A stretch of 64,000 nt of DNA from Camelus dromedarius (Eukaryota): positions 35,838,001-35,902,000 of the forward strand of contig NC_087436.1 in NCBI RefSeq assembly GCF_036321535.1. Direction: 5' to 3'. Below the pieces are notes generated by a model. That model was not told where the DNA came from. It did no database searches and saw only the letters and a program-made list of their open reading frames with translations. The position numbers and the translations under genes are program-made. Every line of letters starts with the position of its first letter. Within the stretch, counting starts at the first letter, position 1. Below are positions 38,311-52,032 of this stretch, one piece after another.

Positions 38311-39224
38311 AATTCTCCAAGGAAGAAATACAAATGATCAATAGGCACATGAAAAAAATGCTCAGTATCACTAATTATCAGAGAAATGCAAATCAAAACT
38401 ACAATGAGGTATCACCTCACACCAGTCAGAATGGCCGTCATTCAAAAATCCACAAATGACAAATGCTGGAGAGGCTGTGGAGAAAGGGGAACCCTCCTAC
38501 ACTGCTGGTGGGAATGCAGTTTGGTGCAGCCACTGTGGAAAACAGTATGGAGATTCTTCAAAAGAATAGGAACAGACTTACCATATGACCCAGGAATCCC
38601 GCTCCTGGGCATATATCCAGAAGGAACCCTACTTCAAAATGATACCTGCACCCCAATGTTCATAGCAGCACTATTTACAATAGCCAAGACATAGAAACAG
38701 CCTAAATGTCCATCAACAGATGACTGGATAAAGAAGTTGTGGTGGTATATTTATACAATGGAATAGTATTCAGCTATAAAACCCGACAACATAATGCCAT
38801 TTGCAGCAACATGGATGTTCCTGGAGAATGTCATTCTAAGTGAAGTAAGCCAGAAAGAGAAAGAAAAATACTATATGAGATCGCTCATATGTGGAATCTA
38901 AAAATAAATAAATAAATAAATAAAAATAAAACAAAACACAAAACATAAATATAAAACAGACATAGAATACAAACTTGTGGTTGCCAAGGGGCGGGGGGTG
39001 GGAAGGGATAGACTGGGATTTCAAAATGTAGAATAGATAAACAAGATTATACCGTATAGCACAGGGAAATATATACAAGATCTTATGGTAGCTCACAGAG
39101 AAAAAAATGTGACAATGAATTATATATATGTTCATGTATAACTGAAAAATTGTGCTCTACACTGAAATTTGACACAACATTGTAAAATGATTATAAATCA
39201 GTGAAAAATGTTAAAAAAAAAAAA
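38311..39224 (+). mobile_element. 5'-truncated young L1 (~0.9 kb) with 16-18 bp TSD
   Basis: Highly similar to 35834-36743 (ORF2 C-terminus plus 3' UTR) with a poly(A) tail. TSD AAAAAGTAACCAGCATAA at 38295-38312 and 39220-39237, perfect TT/AAAA site. Confidence 0.95.
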
Positions 39225-39966
39225 GTAACCAGCATAAAGGAATGAGGAGTGGAAGTTTATAGGTTTGAGACATAGTTGTGTATAACCAAGTTTTGCAAAT
39301 ACACGGCAAAACCCTAAAGATGGACTTTGTGTGTGTGTGCTAAACTCACAGTGGTATTTTCATTATAGCTATACAAATAAAGAATGAGTTATCTGTCATC
39401 AGTTATCTTTGAAAGCAAAAAGCAAAACATTTTCTAACAGACAGAAGCTCAACAATGTCACCCTGACTACTGGTATTATCTGAGTATCAAGACTAAGTGA
39501 TGAAATTTTGCAGTATCTTCGCTAACTGGTGGAAGCATTTATAAGTTGATAGGAAAGATCATTCTTGCCAATATCTCAAAGGATTTCACTATGTACTATA
39601 ATGCATTACTGTTAATGTCATCGTGATTCTTAGCATATGAAATACTGATTATTTTAACCTTTCAAAATTAGTATAGGTAAATCAGACTGATGTTCCAATA
39701 AGCAAACCAAAATTATCAATATCATTTTGGGCCATGAAAAAAACCACTGTCATATCAAGAAGCACACTCATGGCAGAATTTTAATTGTAGGACCAGAAAG
39801 ACTTCAGTATAAGTTACAAATGGCAAATGAAAGGTTAAATTTATTCAAATGTATGGGCATCATAGTTCCATCAAATGAAATGAGTCTCAAGTACCCAGGG
39901 AACTTTGTTCTCACGAGTGGGTAAGCCAGCTAGAAACAAAGGAAAATAAGAAGACAGCTTAACCAC

Positions 39967-40082
39967 GGGGTGGGTATAGCTTAGTGGCAGGGCACATGCT
40001 TAGCACATATGAGGTCTTGAGTTTAATTCCTAGTATCTCCATTAAAAAAAAAGTTTAAAAAAATTATATAAATATAAAAAAA
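39967..40082 (+). mobile_element. Vic-1-like tRNA-derived SINE
   Basis: ggggtgggtatagcttagtgg head and A-rich tail. Degenerate TSD with exact core cagcttaacc on both sides. Confidence 0.85.
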
Positions 40083-42399
40083 GGAGGCCAGCTTAACCCA
40101 CAGGGATCAGGAATCAGGATATTCTTCAAGCCATGAAACTTTTCATGAACCTTGAATGAAAAGCTATATAAAATGAGACTGGTAGGCAAAGCCACCAAAT
40201 AAGGCCACGGTGACTGAGCCCTAAGTCAAGGGGTGATATTCACATGGACTTCCAGAGCGGTGCACTGCTGTGTTCCTGCTGGCAGGAATTCACGAGTGCT
40301 GTCAACTCTTGATAACAAAAGGATCCTCATTCAATTAAAACAGAAGAAAAATACCAATAGATGGATAATTTTAACTGTTTCTACAAGTAGAAGACCAGAA
40401 GACAATGAACTGAAGAACATCCTCAGAGCCATTCCAACTATTATTTTCTGCCAAGTTAGGAAGACACAATTTTCCTTACAGGTATGTCTAAGTAATGCTT
40501 TAGTCTTGAAGGTAGCTCCTAAGTGAGGGGCTTTTCTGGAGTGCTAGTCACTCTCCAGTACTGCACCTCAGTAGACTACAAGGATCTCATCAATCATGCT
40601 AAATCTGGGTACATTTTATTACCTCTGTGGACATCACTTCGTGGTACTGCTTCTTTACAGGTGTCACAAAAATGATCCTTAGAGAATGACTAAGGGATAA
40701 AAGTGATGGACTGTTCTGTTAACTTTCATGTGAAACTTACTTTTCATGGTTTTCAAAATAAAAACATTCTCTGAGTTGAAATGGTAATCTGTGCATCTGC
40801 TTTTTAGGTTGAGCATAAGAAGATAATAGTATCTCTCGCTGTGATTCAGTGTTCTTCTAATTGTACTTTGATCATGCTTCAGATTAAAATAATTTGCCTG
40901 CCAAGATATGTACTTGCTCAAGGTTTTAATTCTCAAAATTACAGGTAGGGATATAAAAGGTTGGAGTTTTAAATATATTCTTTTCCTCTTTCAATTTCAT
41001 AAGCTATATTTCTGCATTATTTAGTTGAAGAACCTAAAAGGAATAGGTGAGTGGGAACACAACATGAACCTAAATTCTTTGACGCACAAAGCATGCAAGA
41101 TTTATAGCTATTTCTTCATTATCTTTCTAAGCCTTACAAATAAACATTAAACATTAATCAGTTCTCAAAATGTTTGGTTAGGGACTACCTTTCCCCTAGA
41201 AGATATACAGGTAATAAAGACAATAAAGTTGGCATTTTAAAACACTCAACAATGATAAATCATTTTTTTGATTGAAAAGTTATTGCCAGGCTCTACTATT
41301 TTGTATTTTACATTTTCATGGTAAGCAGGCAGGTTCAATTCCAATGTGGAAGACATCCCATAATGACTACACTATACAAAAACTCAAATTCTCATAGCAT
41401 TAAGTTTTCTGTTTTTATTCTTTATCCTCACCTTTTAGTTTTATTTACCAGAGAAGATTGTATCTGGAAAGCTATTTAAAACTATAAATCTGTCAACAGT
41501 TTCTTTCACAGAGGTGACACGGGAAAAAGAAAGGACAGTATTAGGAGCACCTGAGACGCAGGCCCCTCCCCTCCCAAATGCAGTGCTATCTGGAGGCTCA
41601 ATGTTTGCCTCAGCTCATGCTTACAAAGGAAAAGGAATATGAGTTAGTCATTTCAAACTTGAAAATGTCAGGAATGCAAAAATTGGAATTTTTATTTTAA
41701 ACTGAAGCAAAGATGTTTCATTAAAAATGAGACTGTTACAATCAGGTACAAATCTGTCAAGATGCAATTTTAGTGTGCATTTCATACACACACAGGTACA
41801 CAGCCTTGTAACAATGTTCTGCTTCTTGAGTTCATGAAAATAATAAGTACTCAGGTTATAATTCTAAGAAATAAGAATGAAATAAGCCATGTGTTCAGTA
41901 GCTTTTTTAGTTAGCAAAATAGTTTTTAAACTGCTCTGCAGTCTCCAAGGTGCCTCAGAGGTCACAGCAGGAGTAGGAGGGAAAGGTATATAGGTGGGAC
42001 AGACCCTAACCAAAGCAGATTCATTCTTATCTCTTTCATATAATGGTCTTCCTCCAGAAGGTTTTATTTGAGGGAGGGGAAAAGGTTCTGCTACTAAAAT
42101 CTTTTGGAAATTACTCTTCTTTAGATTCAAAAGTGATAGAAAAGATTAACATTGAATTCTGAAATAAAGTTTTTTATAGAGAAACAGCTCTGGATTGGAA
42201 TGAAGAGGTGGAAAGAACAAGATAATTTTTTGAGATAATGTTTTGCTTTTATCATTTCCAAGTATAACTACTAATGTAATCTTTGCCTACTAGTCTTTCT
42301 TATTATTTATTCTCAATTGAAAAGCAAAGTCAGACAAATAGTGACAACCTGGAAAGAATGACTTTTCCTTGTCAGCTTATATAGAGAAGCTTAAAAATA

Positions 42400-44010
42400 T
42401 TTTCTCTGGAACTTCTGTTCAACATCTCCCTGGGCATTCCCTTCCCCACTCTCGTATGTTGCTGCTTGCTTCCTGGACCCCATGTCTTTTCCCTGTTTTT
42501 GGTGGAACACATCCACCATTAGTTTCCTAAAAAGAGGTGCATGGAGATAAATTTGTTTTAGACCTTGCATGTCTGAAATGTATTTATTTCACCTTCACAT
42601 TTGGTTTTACAGTTTGGATATAGAACTCTAGGTTGGAAATTATTTCCCCTCAGAAATCTCCTCTCCCGTGGCGTCTACTGTTGCTGCAGAGAATCGTGCG
42701 GCAATCCAAATTCTTCATCCTTTGTATGTGATGGCTTGGGACCTGACGCTTAGTACAGCATTGCCATCTAGAAACTTATGTTCCTCAATTTGTGGAAAGA
42801 AATTTTGATAGTTTTCTTTCCTCTGATTTGTTTGCTTTTCCTGAGACCCCGTATTAGTCATGTCTCAATTTCTCCAATTCTTGTCTCCTTGTCCTTTTGT
42901 TTTGTTTTCTGGGAGACTTACTTAACTTTTTCTTCCAATGTTTCTACTGCATTTAGCAGTTTACTTTTTTCTTTAATTTGTGTGTAGGGGGAGGAATTAG
43001 ATTTACTTATTTATTTATTTAAATGGAGGTAGTGGGGATTGAACCCAGGACCTCATGCATGCTAACTAAGCATGTGCTCTACCACGGAGCTATACCCTCC
43101 CCTACTGCATTTAAAACTTCTTCTACCTGAACATTTTAAATTTTTAATTAAGGAACAATTAAATGTTCTTTTTTAGAACTCCTGTTGCTTGTTTCATGGT
43201 TGTAGTATCTTTTTCTTATCTCTTTTTTCATCTGCTCCCTCACTATCTCTATTTCCCTGTATTTGTTTTAGAGTGTCTTTCATATTAGAAGCTTTATTCA
43301 AATATTAGTGTTGCCCAGCTTTCCATTCATATTTAGGAATGAGAAACTAAAATTCCACTTGGAAACTCTGAGTGCATGAGTGAAGCTTAACAGCCGGTCA
43401 TGACTTCACTACTGTTACTTCCCTACCTGTAAGTATCTGTAGAGCTGTTTTCTTAGACTAATCTTCAGTTTCTCTAGAGAGCAGAGTTCCAATATTCTGT
43501 CTGGCTGCCAGCACAGCAGGAGCAGAGCAAGGGCAGGGCCTTGGATGTCTCCGCATGAAGTACACAGATCTTCCCTCAATACCCTGTTTCTTGGTTTGAC
43601 ATGTCACCACTCCCCCATCTTCAGATGGAATTGGTATCTTAATGTCCAGAACCTCTTTAGCTCAATTTTTCTGAAAATAAAGCTTCAATTTATTGCTGGG
43701 GGTCATCTCTGGTCTGGTAGGAGCCCGGAAAACAATCTAAGAACCTACCTCCTCTTTGTAAAGACCTACAACAGCCCTTTCCCTTTTTCTACAGCCCTGC
43801 ATTCTAATTCCTTTCCTGAGTCTTGAGTTCTGTTGTGGAAATCAGCTGCTTATTTGTTTCTCTTGCCTACAGGTTTCAGCATTCTCTTAACCTGCTCATT
43901 TATCATCCAGCTTCAACAGTTTTACTTAAATTTTTCATTGGCTGTCATCTTCCTTATTTTCTCTGTCATGCCTGGTTTATACAATTCTTATTCTTTACTT
44001 TCATTTTAGT
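42400..44010 (-). mobile_element. Ancient L1ME-like fragment hosting a SINE
   Basis: gaccttgcatgtctgaaatg and ggatatagaactctaggttggaaattatttccc are antisense ORF1-region signatures. Confidence 0.6.
42956..43102 (-). mobile_element. Vic-1-like tRNA-derived SINE
   Basis: Minus-strand head ggggagggtatagctccgtggtagagc with B-box. TSD ctactgcattta at 42944-42955 and 43102-43113. Confidence 0.9.
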
Positions 44011-46269
44011 AAGGATTCAGAAGGGACTAGACGTAAATGAGTTTGTTCAGGTTAGCATGCTTAATGAGAAGTTTCATAAATTTGTTTAACGATATTCAAT
44101 TTCTACAGGTCACCCTACAGGTTCAACAATTCTGTGTCTCAGAACTCAGTCTCAACATGCAGAGCCACCTGCGTGTAGAACCATGCCAGCATGCCGGATC
44201 TTGTGGCCTGGACCTCAATTTCTAAAGCACTTAAGGATGTTACTAACATATGCTTTTCTAAATGTTAAACATTTAAAATTAGTATCTGTCATAAAATAGA
44301 TGTGAACATTAAAGTGGCAGTCTCCATGCCTTCAACACAGTTACTGCAAAGCTATTATTAATTTAATGGTGTCTCTTATAATTGATGGCATCTTAGAATC
44401 AAGGGTACAAGGTAGTACCTATCTGAGAGGGTTGCTGGAAGACACAAATGAGATGATGCTTATAAAGTCTTAAGTAAGAACAGTGGCTAAGAGACACTAA
44501 GTGCTTACATTTTAGTTACTCTTAACAGCTTTTCCAATATGCCTTTGCATGATGAAATACTTTTCCACTAATCTTTTTCCACTGCTCTGTTAAGATAGGT
44601 TATTATGTTAATTTACCATAAAGTATATAAAAATCACCAGAAAGCATATAATGAGTTGCTGGTTTTACCGTTTTTTACAAACGTGTGTGTACGTGTAAAT
44701 AACGGCTATTTTCTGAAAGTGAGATGAGAGTCAGTATAAAGTCCACAGTATCCAGATCTATGAGGCGCTTCATTTTCCATCTAGTCACTTATTCTTTTAT
44801 TAACAAATTATGAAGCATATCTTAAATGCTTAAGTTCTGGGGATACAAAGACGTGACACAGATCCTATCTTGGGGAAGCTTACAATTCAGCTGTTGGAAA
44901 TGACCAGGGTACCATACAGTGTGTTGAGTGAGTTCCTGTGGCGCACGTAACAGAAATCAGAAGTGCCTAGACAAAGTAGCTGGACACTGATTCAGGGGCC
45001 ATACTTAACGGTGGCACACTGCAAGTCACATCCTCTGCACCTTTCTGTAAAACAGGTGGGTGTGACTTCAGTTTAGAGCCCATGAAAGAAATCCTTTGCT
45101 GAAAGGTATGGAATCACCTTTCCTTGTGCCACGGTATTCAGATGAATGCAGGCCTGAAGGGAGGATGTGGCCACCAAAGAGAGCACAGACATAGGGTTTC
45201 AGTCTGAATGGAGCTGTAGTCCCACACAGGCATAATGCGCATTCTGGTGAGCAAACTGGAGAATTAAAGCCCTTTTTGGAAATTAGTTTTTAAGAGCTTT
45301 GCTGTTAAAGGCTATGTTGAGGAAGCACACATTCCACGACTTTGCAATAATAGCCCTGAAATGAAAAGAGGACTTGTGGACACAGAAAGTATGAGATAAT
45401 AGCATCAAGACATGTGGTTTAGATTCCAAAGTAACCAAAATATTTACCATAGCCATACTGGAGGAATGACAAATCATCAGAAACTATTACATAGAAACAT
45501 ATAAAGATATGTCAATAAAATCTGCTAGAGCTTTATTACACTGTATGTGTTAAGATACTTTTAACAACTTTCCCCATCTTGACCTAGTGCTAAATTGAGG
45601 AACTCATTTTAGCTTAAACTACCTGGTCTGGCTGGATCCTAACTCATGATGTCAAGATTTCTCAAAACCAACTACAGCTACTTTTACTGATCCTGCCTCG
45701 ACATTTTGTTTTTTGTTTTTAAAAACCACAAACCCAAAAATCTCGATATGAAAGGGAAACGTGCAAGGTGTTATGGGATACTAGTAAAATTATATAATCC
45801 CGGCTGGAGGTTAGAAATGGCTTTCTGGAAGAAGTTATGTCTAAACTGAGTGGGTACAAAAGACTCAAACAAACAGCTGTATATGAAGCTGTACCTAGAC
45901 AACAAAATGTTCCTAAATATCCTTGTTTTTCTCATCTAATAAGATAGTTTATCCCCATTTCAGGGGTGGGGCAGATGTAACCTTTAAAACAAGGGAGACA
46001 ACAGCAGCTCTGCAGTTGATAAGAAGCAGGAAAAGCAAGGCATACGGCTTTAAAGACAAGGTGGTTCACATGATTAACACATGGCCATATCGTAGTGCCA
46101 CTGTGTAACGTGTGATCTACATATAAAACACTGCATGTGCCCAAGTTAAATCACAATTTTGAGGACAAAAGTCAGCTATTAAGCAAATGTGGTGGTTTTT
46201 ATCTATAAACATTTACAAAGCATAAATTGATTCAAAGTAGCTTTTTTTACAGAAAGAATACATTTAATA

Positions 46270-46630
46270 CCTTATTGATACTTTGAAAGAGAAAAATCAA
46301 TAATTCATTACAATTAAAATTTCTGTTCTACAAAAGACAACATTTAGAGAGCAAAAAGATGAGCCACAAACTATGGAAAAAATCTTTAGACAACACAAAT
46401 CTGATAAAGGAGTGGTATCCAAAACATACAAAGAACTCTTAAAATCTAAAAATTAGAAAACAACCCAATTAAAAATGGGCAAAAGATCTGAACAGACAGC
46501 TCACCAAAGAAGATGAAGTCTTAAGTCCACAAACAAGACTTGCACTTATGTTTATAAAAGCTTTACTCAAGCTTTATATATTAAACTTGTAAGCAATCAA
46601 CATGTCCTCGAACAAACAGATAAACAAATT
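46270..46630 (+). mobile_element. Old L1 ORF2 3' fragment
   Basis: acaacccaattaaaaatgggcaaaagatctgaacagacagctcaccaaagaagat. Confidence 0.7.
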
Positions 46631-47139
46631 TAAAAAAGATGCAGATACCTCTGGGAATGATCTTGATTATTTGGCATTATATAGTGAGTTTATAATCAGT
46701 TGTCTTCTAACCAACTGATTGAGACTGGAAAAAAAAAAGCACTCAGAAAAGGAGGTCTAAAAGATGCTGGAAGTGGGGCAGGGGACTCGGAAGAGGAAAG
46801 GTGAAAAGTTATACAGAGATAAAGTGAAGACAAACTTTGTTTAATCTAATCCTGCATACGACTGGCCCTGCGCCTAGGAAAAAACCCTCCTTTCCCCTCT
46901 GGTAGGTTCTAATAGTGCATGCTCTCCTGCTTCCAGGACCTAAGACTTGTGTCTACTACTGTTAGGTTACCATACACTAGGGTGTAATACACTTCAGGGG
47001 ACTAGCTTGGAAACTACCCATCAGAGAAGCACTGCTTCCAGGAATAAGTACATTCTGAATTCTCAAAAGGCAACTTACAGTAAATGTTTTGCCTATACTC
47101 ATCCAATTCTCAAAGACAATTCAGGCTGAAATCACCCAT

Positions 47140-47259
47140 ATCACTTCCCTTAACCCTGGTTACCTCTTTTCCTTACAGGCTCTATCTCCAAATACAGTCA
47201 TGATGGGGTCTAGGGTCTCAACATATGAATTTTACAGGGACAGAATTCAGCCACAGCAG
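47140..47259 (+). mobile_element. MLT1 (MaLR) LTR 3' fragment
   Basis: tatctccaaatacagtca...tcaacatatgaattttacagggacagaattcagcc. Confidence 0.65.
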
Positions 47260-48466
47260 ACTCTTTAAAAAATTATAAGCAATTACTATTAGGAAAAAGA
47301 AGAAAGAAAACGTCAAACTTATTAGGCACTAAGATCTCTCTCTTTTTTTTACTCAGCCTGTGGCTTTCTCTGTGAAGCACATAAAATGGGAGCAATATTC
47401 ACTTTCACTGTATTCTATATTTTGACTGTTATATGACTATAAATGTGAATTGATCATCAAAAGTATAATCTACTGTAGAAAACATACAGTTTTCACAGGT
47501 GGTGAGCTTGTAAGGCATCAGCTATATTAAGCTATATTTAAACAAAGTTTCTAGATGTAGATGGTTCAGGCAGCAAGTCAAGTGATTCTTTAAACACCTG
47601 TAAAAGTTAAAAATCTAATTTAAAAGCAATGAGGGTATAATTTATTCATGAAACTATCCCTATAGGATTCAAAAAAAAAAAAAAAAACCAGACACAGCAA
47701 AAGGTTTTTGATGTGCTGTACATAGCATGTATACAATATTAATCGCATAGCATGAATGTCTTTTATTAAACTGTAAGGAAGCCATAAATGAAATGGCAGA
47801 CAGGATTTGTAAAGCTGTGCATGTATACATATTTCATGCCCATTATGACCAATTCAGTTGTATAAAAAGAAATTTCACTTTGAATTGACAACTTTTGGAT
47901 TCATCTCCTTCCTAATCTCCAGTTCTGACCCAGCTTTATGATAGAAAGAAAGAAAAAAAAATGCTGGGACTACTATTGTTCAGTGTGTTTGACCTTTAAT
48001 ATTTTTAAGAATTCTGGCAAGAAGTTAATACTAGGCAAACTAAATACAATTCTTGCTTTTAAATAGAAAGTCACTCCTTAAGGATTCTTTTGAAGTGAAT
48101 AAAAATATGCCAAGGGGCTACTTTTGCTACCACTGAAAGAAGGTCTTGTCCGAATGCCAAAGAGTTTAAGTAATTTTTCTTTAATTCTGAAGAAAAAGAG
48201 AAAAGGACTAATTTATGATTTGGAACTTCCACAATGATAAAAGTGGCATATGTATTATATCTAATTTTTTTTTTTTTGGCTTCTAAATGAAGAAGGGAAC
48301 TTTCCTACAAATATAAAAGCAAAACCCATTTTCCAGATTTTAATAGTAAAAATGGAGCTAGCTATTATTAAAGCATACCAGAAATAATACTTCAAGGTTA
48401 AAAACATAAACAAAAGACAGCCCTGCAAATATTAATTCTTTTGACTTTCCTTTGAAGCCTAAGGCA

Positions 48467-48545
48467 AGGTTAGATTCTATTTTTAAATATCTAAAATATA
48501 CCAGAGGTTAAGATTCGGTTTTTAAATATCTAAAATATAGTAGAG
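48467..48545. repeat. ~39-bp tandem duplication
   Basis: aggttagattctatttttaaatatctaaaatataccag followed by aggttaagattcggtttttaaatatctaaaatatagtag. Confidence 0.85.
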
Positions 48546-51519
48546 ATTATATTTAAGAATAATTTAATGACTGCCTTGCAACACTAAACAATGAATTTTA
48601 TAGACTTTTAGTAACATTTTAATACAGTGAAACCTTTGAGAACTCAGAATTACTGTCATCTGGGGATGACAAATGAGAGCATTCCTACGTCACCATCGAG
48701 CACTGAATGACAAACATGTGGTGCTTCTGCCCTTAGTGTTAGATTTCTGGGTCTTACCTAAACACCTGAGTTCAATCCCAACCTACAATGAAAGGGCACA
48801 GTAATTAGCTATGCTTATTTCCTAACTAATCATTCTACTAGAAATGCTAAGTTCACTATTTTTTTCTTTTTAATTAAACAAAACTTATATTAAAAAAATT
48901 AAGTTGTACACAAGGAACTAGAAATTACCTTAATAAATATACTAAAATATGGGTATTATGGAGATAGTTTGTAAAGAAACATCAGCTTTACACACCTGAA
49001 AGTAACAAAAAAAATAGTATACATCTTTAAAAAGAAAGAGATTACAGATGTTTATAAATGTAAACAGCTGAAATCAATACTGCATGTAACTATGAAATAT
49101 AGTTTGAATTGAAAGAATACATCATCAAAACTAAAAACATGACCTACACATGAAACACTCATGAGTATTCCTAAAATCTAAGACAAAAAATATAGAAAAA
49201 TTAAGCAAAATGTAAAATTTTTATATTAGAGATCAATTAAATTGGATTGGCTGATATATAAAAACACAACAAAAATGATTTATTGACCACTTGCTATGTG
49301 TACTAGGACAAGTATACATATGCACTTATGTGAATCATCTCCTCTATTCTAGACAAAAGATCTATTAAGTGGAGACCTTACAAACTGTTCTTAAAAGAAG
49401 AAACAGTTTTCACTTGTATCAGTGGCATACTTTTTATAGATAGATCAATTAAGACTATTATTAGAAATTAGCCTAACTTCACCTCAAATAACCAGACATT
49501 AATATCCAGCTCTACTAGTATCTATACAGAATTAATAGTGTGCTTTACACGTCTTTTTAAAGTCATGAGCCTCTCAAGTTGGTAGAATCCCCCCAGTTTG
49601 ATCATTCTTTTGATGACGAAGAAGCACATATGAAATGTTTGTGCAAAAATTCTGGAGAATCTGCATGAGTCAACAGAAAGACTAAGAATTTGGAAGAAGA
49701 GAAACAAAGTGGAAGGTTAAAATGCTCAAATCAGCATTACTACTGGACTGAGTAATTTTTCACAGATACACATTTAGCCTGGACACCAGGCTTGGGGACT
49801 AGATTATCAGGTAGGTATTGATGAACTTGTTGCCTTGATATATTGCTTCCCTTTATAAAGGGGCCTCAGTACTTAATACTTTTGGTTATAAAATGCTACA
49901 CTAAGTTTGCTGCCAGCCAGCCTTTCATTCAACATCCATCTCCTTTCTAACTAATGCTTCTTGTAATCTGACAGCAGTTTTAAACACCTGGCAAGGAGTC
50001 AGTACTATAGGAATGGCAGCACAAGGTGTTCTGGAGGATGATTTGCTTTGGTGTAAACATCCTATCTAAAATAGCCTTCAGGTAAGCTGAATTAAGGTTC
50101 TTTTTATTGCCAATTTAAGGAGAAGTTCAAGTTTGGAAATTTAGAGCATGTTTACATTTCTCTGTAACTTTATACATTATAACTTACTTTCCTAACAAAG
50201 AGTTTAGAAAAAAAGTGGGCTGATGCATATTTCTGTTTTATGACTTTTTATCCTAACACTTCCAGAATCATAGACATTGAACTTGACTAGCTGTTCCTAA
50301 GGAAGCTGAAAAGCAGGAAAACCAAAGGTATCAGGAAGAAAAATCCCTGGGCTGGGAATCTCTGAGCAGGTAAAACTTTCATTTCCATTCAGTGAAAAAC
50401 TGTTAAAGTTTGCTAAGGAGAATTTTATTAAAACCCAAATTCTATGAACTGTCAGTCTTTCAAGGTTCCCATTCCTCTGTTGCCATGATTAGGATCTCTA
50501 GGCAACAGTAGCAAGGACTGAGACACTGACCATGATCCCAAGATGCCAGGTCTCTGGAAGCACTGTAAGGAAAACAGCCAAGTTATATATCCCTGGAGGT
50601 CCAACCCCTAAGAGATTCCTTGTATAATTAATCTAATCTATGACAGGTATATAATCACACAGATTTTTAGCACCAGTAAGGATCATAAAGACTATATTCC
50701 CACTCCCTTATTAAAATATGAGAACTGAGCTCTAGATATGATAACTAATTTGTCCAAACTAATACTGTAGTAAACGGTCAAGAAGGGACTGAAGTCTAGG
50801 TCTTGGCTTTTATCAAACGATAAGGGGGAAGGAGAGGGGTGGCGAGCTTGCTTAAAAGTTACAGTCTAAATATCTGCTTTTAGTGTATTCTGACTTTTGT
50901 GCTGAAGGATTTTATCATGATTCATTTACAAGGTGGCCACATTTTAGCCATGTAACAGAGCTGCAGAGATAAGGTACTTGCCGTCAGGGCTTATATTCAG
51001 TTACAAGTGATAATTTGGTTCAGAAGACATAATTCACCTGATTTTCACCATTTTAGCCATTCATATTAGGTACTGCATCTCATGGCAGGTTTAATGTGCT
51101 GATGTTGTATAAAAGACATCTTTAATAATCCCCATTAATCCCATTCACAAAACATTTTTGTCCAAGAGCTCATGAGGCAAATCTTAAAGTCACAGGAAGT
51201 AGTTTATTTGGTATTAAAATCTAAATTTGCTTATCTGATGCATACATGTCAGCTTTATACAAGGTACTGTGGTAGCAGGCACTGACTGAGGGATGTTTAA
51301 GGGTGGATAAGCCAAAAATGTGTCAGCCCTGTACAAATGGGAAGGCTGTGTACATACAAGGATCCCGAGCTGAAGGGGTGAATAAGGACTTAATGAAACA
51401 GGAACTTTCATGAAAGTTCTCGTTTTGCTTGACAAGCGTTTTGCCCTGGTAGAAATCTGTCACCAAGTGAGACATCTTTCACCTTTTTCTAATTCACGTA
51501 ACTGTGCTCCACAGCCTAG

Positions 51520-52032
51520 CTAGCAGTAGCTTTGGACACCAATGCCACCTATCTTTCAATAACACAAATCTGACCACAACATTTCTTATTAAGTTCTTTA
51601 ATGGTTCTCCACTGCTTAAAGGCAAAAAACAAGTTCAGATGATGTCCAAGGCCCTTCACACCTACTTTCCCTGCTTGATCACCTACCACTTCCACTCGCA
51701 GACTCTTTCTAGCCATATTTCAACCTTTAGCGGAACCTGGAGCACACTAAGTCCTTTCGTGCGCCTGCCTTTCTGTATGCCAGGGATGCTCCCTTCCCCG
51801 CCCTGCTCTACTCGGGGAACTCCTATTCACCTATTAAGATGCATATCAACTGTCCCCTCCTTTAGTCCCAGTTAATATGAGTTATACTTCCTCTTCTTTC
51901 TCCTATAGTACTCTGCACATCATTATATCATGCCACATAAATACACTACAGAGAACTTGGTTTTTTATGTGTCTTTCCCTCTAAACCGAAAGTCTTATTC
52001 ACAATACCTGAGAAATACAGTAAATGAATAAA
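51520..52032 (+). mobile_element. L2 LINE 3' fragment
   Basis: ttctttaatggttctccactgct...tccaaggcccttcac...aactcctattcacc resembles the L2 3' region. Confidence 0.6.
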
